Translations under genes and position numbers: made by a program
The notes under the pieces: model-generated
Databases searched by the model: none
What the model was told of the DNA's origin: nothing
The model's input: the letters and a program-made list of their open reading frames with translations, nothing else
From: Abditibacterium sp.
GTDB lineage: Bacteria; Armatimonadota; Abditibacteriia; Abditibacteriales; Abditibacteriaceae
NCBI GenBank assembly: GCA_965199495.1
Contig: CBDASK010000003.1
Coordinates: 480,001 to 544,000, forward strand
Reading direction: 5' to 3'
DNA: 64,000 nt
Part shown: one piece after another, positions 59,272 to 64,000 of the stretch
Numbering within the stretch: the stretch's first letter is position 1
How the letters are laid out: each line of letters opens with the position of its first letter

Positions 59272-60277
59272 TCAGCCAGTCGGAGTCTCGCCCAACGCAG
59301 CCACGCCGGGCAGAGCATTGCCCTTTTCGCCGAAGGGTGACTGCCAGTTGAGCGTATCTGGCTCCCACAACAAAACGCCGCGCCCCAAATTGTGGGGCAC
59401 TTCGCGCACCGTTTGAATCAACGCTCGATAGAACTGCACCTGACCGTCGGGCGAAAACGGAAATTCGGGCGCGCCCGGCACATCGGGCAACACTTCGCCC
59501 GCGTGCGGATAGTTGGTTTCCACGACGAATATCGGTTTGTGATAGGTTTGCGCCAGATGTTCCATCGTCGCTACCAAATGCGACAGGTGCCACGCGTCGT
59601 AGCCTTTCTTTTGTCCCAGGGTTCGCCCGGATAATAGCTTAAACCGATGATGTCGAAATCGGATGGTTGCTCCAACTCGGCGTTGGTCTGTTGCACGCGC
59701 CCGAAAAACCAGCGGACGAATTCGGTGTCTTGCCCATCGGGAATGTGCAGCATGATTTGCGGCGGCGATTCGGGCGAACCCTCGCGCGCACCACGAGCGC
59801 CCGCCGCCATCAGACGTAACGCGCGCTCGAATCCGCCTTTGATATTTTCCCAAAAACCGCCGCCCGCTTGCGGGCCGGAGTCGTGCAAACCGCTGCCAAA
59901 GAGCAAACCGTTTTAACTTCGTTGCCGATTTGCACCATGTCGGGCGCGGCTTTGTTTTCGACCAGATGCGCTACGACTTCGCGGCTGTAAGAACGCACTT
60001 GCTGTTCTAATTCGGGAAACGGCAAATCGCGCCAGACCGCCGGTTTGCGTTGCTGGCCCGGATCGGCCCACGAATCGGAATAGTGCAAATCGAGCAGAAA
60101 TCGAAAGCTCGCCGCTTTGATGCGCTTGCCCAATTGGGCGACGTGGCTGATGTCCGAGACCTGATATTGCGGCTTATTTTCGGGATTAACCCACAAACGC
60201 ACGCGAATGGTGTTCCAACCATTGCGCTTAGCGATGGCCAAAAGATCAACTGGCCCCGCAGCATCGGAGTAAAGAAT
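59272..60277 (-). pseudogene. GH53 galactanase pseudogene (two frameshifts, 5' end lost at IS200)
   Basis: RVRLWV, HYSDSWADPG and QIGNE in one frame; GLSYYP in a second; VVETNYP and WEP in a third. Confidence 0.85.
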
Positions 60278-60860
60278 CCCCGCAGCAAGCTACGGGGTAT
60301 TTTAAGGGAGTGTAACTTTTCGGGCTAAATGAGAGTTATTCTCGACTCACCTTCTGCTTGTGCAACTGCTGATACTGATACTGTCCCTGTTCCTTAACGT
60401 AGTTGCGCACGGCTTCTTCGCTCTGATTGGCTCCAACAGTGGCCACAAAGTAGCCGTCTGACCAGAACTCACCACCCCACAACTTCTTTTTGACCTGAGG
60501 ACACAGAGAGAAAACTTGGCGCGCGCTTACGCTCTTGAGCAAACTGACAATCTTCATCGGACTGTAAGTGGGAACGCTTTGAATCAGAAAGTGGACGTGG
60601 TCACCATCCACGCCAATCTCGATGAACTCAACCTCGTAGCGTAAGGCAAATCTCTAAGCACACTTCACGCAACGCCTCTTCGACGCTGGCATCAAATACC
60701 ACACGACGATACTTGGCCACGCACACCATGTGGTAGAGCAATGTGGTAGAGCAAAATACTGACATTATGGCTCTTGTGGATCAAACGACTCATCCTTCCA
60801 GTTCAACATAAGGCTCCTCACGCAGCCTTTCTCGCCGCAAGCGGCGGGGCATTAAACCCA
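60278..60860 (-). mobile_element. IS200/IS605-family element (tnpA only), defective
   Basis: Subterminal hairpins ccccgcagcaagctacgggg (60278-60297) and cgccgcaagcggcg (~60833-60846) flank a Y1 transposase. Confidence 0.8.
60336..60793 (-). pseudogene. tnpA: Y1 HuH transposase, frameshifted
   Basis: HKSHNVS..LYH, DHVHFL, LWGGEFWSDGYF and YVKEQ; broken by a 13-bp tandem duplication (60728-60753) and a 1-bp insertion near 60649. Confidence 0.85.
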
Positions 60861-60947
60861 AACTGAAGTAAAACGTCCAACTCGACTTTGGCTTTGGGGA
60901 CTGGCTTCGTGTTCTTGGCGGTGGACATAATTTTTCGAGCCAATGGT

Positions 60948-61499
60948 TTAGCGGTTTTGAAGTTCTCCCGCCATTTTGAGTAGGGTGCCGTAAAAACGTG
61001 TCGTCGTGGTGCTCGCTTTTACGCCGAAAGTGCGCTTCAAAAACGCGGCGACATCGGGCGGTTTGCCGTTGGTCAGGCGATAAACAACGAACGTTTCGCC
61101 CGGCCTCGTTTGGAGAATTTCGAGGGCGCCAGTGGGCGAGCGAATTGGTAGCGGTTGTTCGCATGACAAAGGCTGCGCCGAAAATACGACAAGTAGCCGC
61201 GTGTCAGGTGTGACTTCGATTGCTTCAAATGGATTGGGCACGAGAACTCCATTCAACTGAGCCGGAGTTCGCAGGAATACGGGCACCTGGTAACCCAACT
61301 TCGCCATCAGGTGCGCTTCGATTCGAGACGCGAGCGCGACGGGATCCACTTCGCTCGTGTCGAAGAAGATGTTGCCGCTCTGGATGAACGAGCGGATATT
61401 GGCAAATCCCAACTCACCGAACAGAGCGCGCAGTTGCTCCATCTTGACGCGGTGGCCGCCAACGTTGATGCCGCGTAGAAGAGCGATGAAAGTCGTCAT
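60948..61499 (-). CDS. DUF1697-domain protein
   Basis: MTTFIALLRGINVGGH, SFIQSGNI and TTR. Confidence 0.88.
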   Translation of the reverse strand: MTTFIALLRGINVGGHRVKMEQLRALFGELGFANIRSFIQSGNIFFDTSEVDPVALASRIEAHLMAKLGYQVPVFLRTPAQLNGVLVPNPFEAIEVTPDTRLLVVFSAQPLSCEQPLPIRSPTGALEILQTRPGETFVVYRLTNGKPPDVAAFLKRTFGVKASTTTTRFYGTLLKMAGELQNR

Positions 61500-61587
61500 A
61501 TCAGTTGTCCCTGAAACGCAAGCATTGCGGCGTTGAATGGGTCGGGCCTTTGGAGCGGTGCGAAATGACTGACACCCTCTAAAACGG

Positions 61588-62064
61588 TTAATTCCGCGTT
61601 GGTTCGGCGCGAACAACGAGGCGTTTGCGAAAGACGTAACTCGTCTTTTCGTAATTCAGATGGTCTTCGTAAAAACGATGAGCCTCGGTTCGTTGCAAAC
61701 CAGAAGAGAGGGCGATTATCTCACAACCTTCACGACGCGCAAATTCCTCAATGAATTCCAGCAGGCGGCGACCGTAGCCCTGGGAGCGAGCGTCGCTCAC
61801 CGTGATTAAATCATAAACCCAAACGTGGCGTCCATAAGAGAGATTGGTGAGAACCCCGATACCAGCGAGAGAAACGATGCGGCCCCCAGCGCGCAAAGCA
61901 AAAAGGCGGTAGCCTTCTGGGGCCATGCTTTGAAGCAAGTCGAGATATTGCTGCTCCTTCAAATGGGTTCGCAGCTCGTGCATCACCGGGAATGCTTCTC
62001 GCCAATCTTCCTGAGATTGAAGTTCTTGAATCTGAAGTTCTTGGATCATTAGTTTTTTCTTCAT
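61588..62064 (-). CDS. GNAT-family N-acetyltransferase
   Basis: VYDLIT...RSQGYGRRLL and AHRFYE. Confidence 0.88.
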   Translation of the reverse strand: MKKKLMIQELQIQELQSQEDWREAFPVMHELRTHLKEQQYLDLLQSMAPEGYRLFALRAGGRIVSLAGIGVLTNLSYGRHVWVYDLITVSDARSQGYGRRLLEFIEEFARREGCEIIALSSGLQRTEAHRFYEDHLNYEKTSYVFRKRLVVRAEPTRN

Positions 62065-62253
62065 TGCAAAACTCTCCCGTTTTTAGGCGTGACTTGCGAA
62101 TGGTCAGACGCGCAGGTGCGAGCGAAAAATGAGAAGATTCATTGGTATCAATCCGGAGTCGCACGTTTTCGCGCGCGGCGATTTGCGCCAGCTTGCGCGC
62201 GCTCGCTCTTGTCAGGGTTTCGTCCATGTCGGGGCCCGGCATCGGGCAGCAGA

Positions 62254-62754
62254 TCACTGCCCTCCAAAACGCGCTTCGAAAGTCTGTCGCCACTGCGCCA
62301 CTTGCTGGGCATGATAAGTGTCGTGTAACGGAATCAGCACCAGCAGACATTCCAGCGTCAGCCGTCCGGCTCGTTCGTGCGAGCAGCAGCGTTGTCCATC
62401 CTGAGGCGCCAGCGCGCGGGCGAATTCAACGATTTGCCGCCGTCGCTCGCCAAACAAACGCCACTGCTCCTGCGGGTGAGTGCGCGCGTAATCATGATCG
62501 AAGACAAGCTGCTCTTCGTCGATGTCGGGCAGCAACGGTTCGTGTTCATCGCGCGTTCGTTGCAGACGCTCCAGAAAGATGGCGTCCCAGTCCGCGAGGT
62601 GCGCCATAACTTCTCGGATGGAAAAACGCGCAGCATCAGGCCGAAAGTCGGCTTCCTCTTCGCTTAAATCGCGCAGCAATCGCTCGAAAATCTCCGGCGC
62701 GGCTTCCAGCGCGTTTATTAAATACGTGTTGAGACCGGGGTGTTCAATCAGCAT
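62254..62754 (-). CDS. DinB-family protein
   Basis: FSIREVMAHL and HDTYHAQQ. Confidence 0.85.
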   Translation of the reverse strand: MLIEHPGLNTYLINALEAAPEIFERLLRDLSEEEADFRPDAARFSIREVMAHLADWDAIFLERLQRTRDEHEPLLPDIDEEQLVFDHDYARTHPQEQWRLFGERRRQIVEFARALAPQDGQRCCSHERAGRLTLECLLVLIPLHDTYHAQQVAQWRQTFEARFGGQ

Positions 62755-62845
62755 CAGTTTTCTCCTTAGTCCAATTCCGCTTGTTCTATCAAAGTCGTGA
62801 TCTACCCACGAGGGTGCGGTTAGTCACTTGCGTAGTCGCAATGGA

Positions 62846-63385
62846 TCAGGCGGGCGAGGTCGGACGATAAATCAGCGCGACGGCGCCAGAATCGAAGGTT
62901 CGCGTTTCGATGAGTTGCAAAGTCGCGGGCGTGCTGCTGTGAAAAAGGCGCTTGCCCGCGCCCAGCACGACCGGAAAAATCATCAGGCGGAACTCGTCGA
63001 TTAGGTTGTGCGGCAAAAGCGCAGCGATCAAATCGGCGCTGCCGTAAATCAGAATATCGCCGCCGTCCTGCGCCTTGATGCGCGCGACTTCGGCGGCGAT
63101 GTCGCCCCGGATGATCTGCGCGTTCCAGGTCGCCTCGCTCAGGGTGTTGGAAGCCACGAACTTGGGTAGAGCATTCATGCGCGGCGCCCACCTTTCATCG
63201 GTTGATGTGGGCCAATACTCCGCGAACTCCTCGTAAGTCACGCGTCCCAACAGCAGCGCATCGGCGCTTTGCAGCTCGTCGCGTTTGAAACGCCCGCCCG
63301 CTTCGTCCCGATAGGGCATCATCCACGACGGCTCTTCCATCACGCCGTCCAACGATAAAAATGTGCTGACAATTAATTTTCTCAT
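62846..63385 (-). CDS. Dihydrofolate reductase/RibD C-terminal family protein
   Basis: SLDGV, LLGRVTYE, GSADL and LIDEFRL.IFPVVLGAGKRLF. Confidence 0.9.
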   Translation of the reverse strand: MRKLIVSTFLSLDGVMEEPSWMMPYRDEAGGRFKRDELQSADALLLGRVTYEEFAEYWPTSTDERWAPRMNALPKFVASNTLSEATWNAQIIRGDIAAEVARIKAQDGGDILIYGSADLIAALLPHNLIDEFRLMIFPVVLGAGKRLFHSSTPATLQLIETRTFDSGAVALIYRPTSPA

Positions 63386-63428
63386 TTTGATTCCCCTGAG
63401 CGTAAATTATGGAACGAACGCTCTTTTA

Positions 63429-63917
63429 TCACAACATCGCGGCGATATCCGTCACGCCGCAATCCAAACCGGCCTGCTCTATCAAAGCCGTGATCTGTCC
63501 GCGATGGTGCGTCTGATGATTGAAAAAATGCTGCACCGCGATCCACAAAGGCAATTGACGTGGCTGCGGATTCGACACCGAAATAAAGCGCAGCATTGAA
63601 TGCAGTTTTTCGGCAGTCAAAGTCTCTACGAAAGCATCAATCGCGTCGTCGGTGAGCGCGCGTTCGGCTTGCAAATCGTTCCAGTCGGCGCAGATTTCGT
63701 AGTCGAGCGTATTGTAAGGCAAAGACGAGGACTCGAAACGCGCCAGCCACAAGCGGTCGCACAGCAGAAGATGGTTCCACAAACCGTGAATCGAGCCGAA
63801 AGGCGCGCGACGTGGCTGCTTGCGCTCTTTATCAGAAAGTTGCGAACAGGTCGCCATCAGTTTCTCGTTCATCCAGCGGTTGTATTGCGCCATGCGGCGC
63901 AGCATTTCGATTTTCAT
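63429..63917 (-). CDS. DinB-family protein
   Basis: YNRWMN, FGSIHGLWNHLL and HFFNHQTHHRGQI. Confidence 0.9.
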   Translation of the reverse strand: MKIEMLRRMAQYNRWMNEKLMATCSQLSDKERKQPRRAPFGSIHGLWNHLLLCDRLWLARFESSSLPYNTLDYEICADWNDLQAERALTDDAIDAFVETLTAEKLHSMLRFISVSNPQPRQLPLWIAVQHFFNHQTHHRGQITALIEQAGLDCGVTDIAAML

Positions 63918-64000
63918 TGATTTTCTCCAAGGTTTTGAAGCCGGTTTTAGAGTTGCTTTTTCGCCAGACTCCCCAGTGTTTGCACGGCGCGCTCGATTTC

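Noticed and set aside
1..64000. CRISPR array, tRNA or rRNA
   Set aside because: No regularly spaced direct repeats or recognisable stable-RNA sequences were seen by eye; a covariance search was not run.

Overview
Bacterial genomic DNA. The DUF1559 prepilin-like gene, the DUF6785-type membrane protein and the overall gene repertoire suggest Armatimonadota/Abditibacteriota, which is an inference. There are four blocks. (1) 1-27.3 kb is a heavy-metal island: a Czc/Cus-like efflux start, FTR1 and CDF-type transporters, an ArsR-controlled merA/merT-merP module, an ars operon, a CsoR-CopZ-CopA-cupredoxin locus, an unusual cupredoxin/YtkA-decorated RND system and lgt. Both efflux operons are headed by Cys-containing ORFs ending in a RAPP motif. 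(2) About 25.7-40.5 kb is a more AT-rich defence-type island: an AbiJ/HEPN-like gene, an HNH-like gene, a degenerate-nuclease-NACHT-CHAT protein, and a STAS-kinase plus STAS-wHTH pair with palindromic operators placed in front of a complete bacterial ubiquitination (Bil/ISG15-like) operon whose Ubl has four beta-grasp domains. (3) 40.6-60.3 kb is an arabinogalactan/galactan utilisation locus (GH30, GH2 x2, GH53 x3-4, GH43-CBM13, LacI, DUF1559) with several decayed genes and a MITE-like inverted repeat. (4) 60.3-64 kb holds a defective IS200 and ordinary genes (DUF1697, GNAT, DinB x2, RibD-C). All product calls come from motif recognition by eye; no database search was run. No rRNA, tRNA or CRISPR array was seen.
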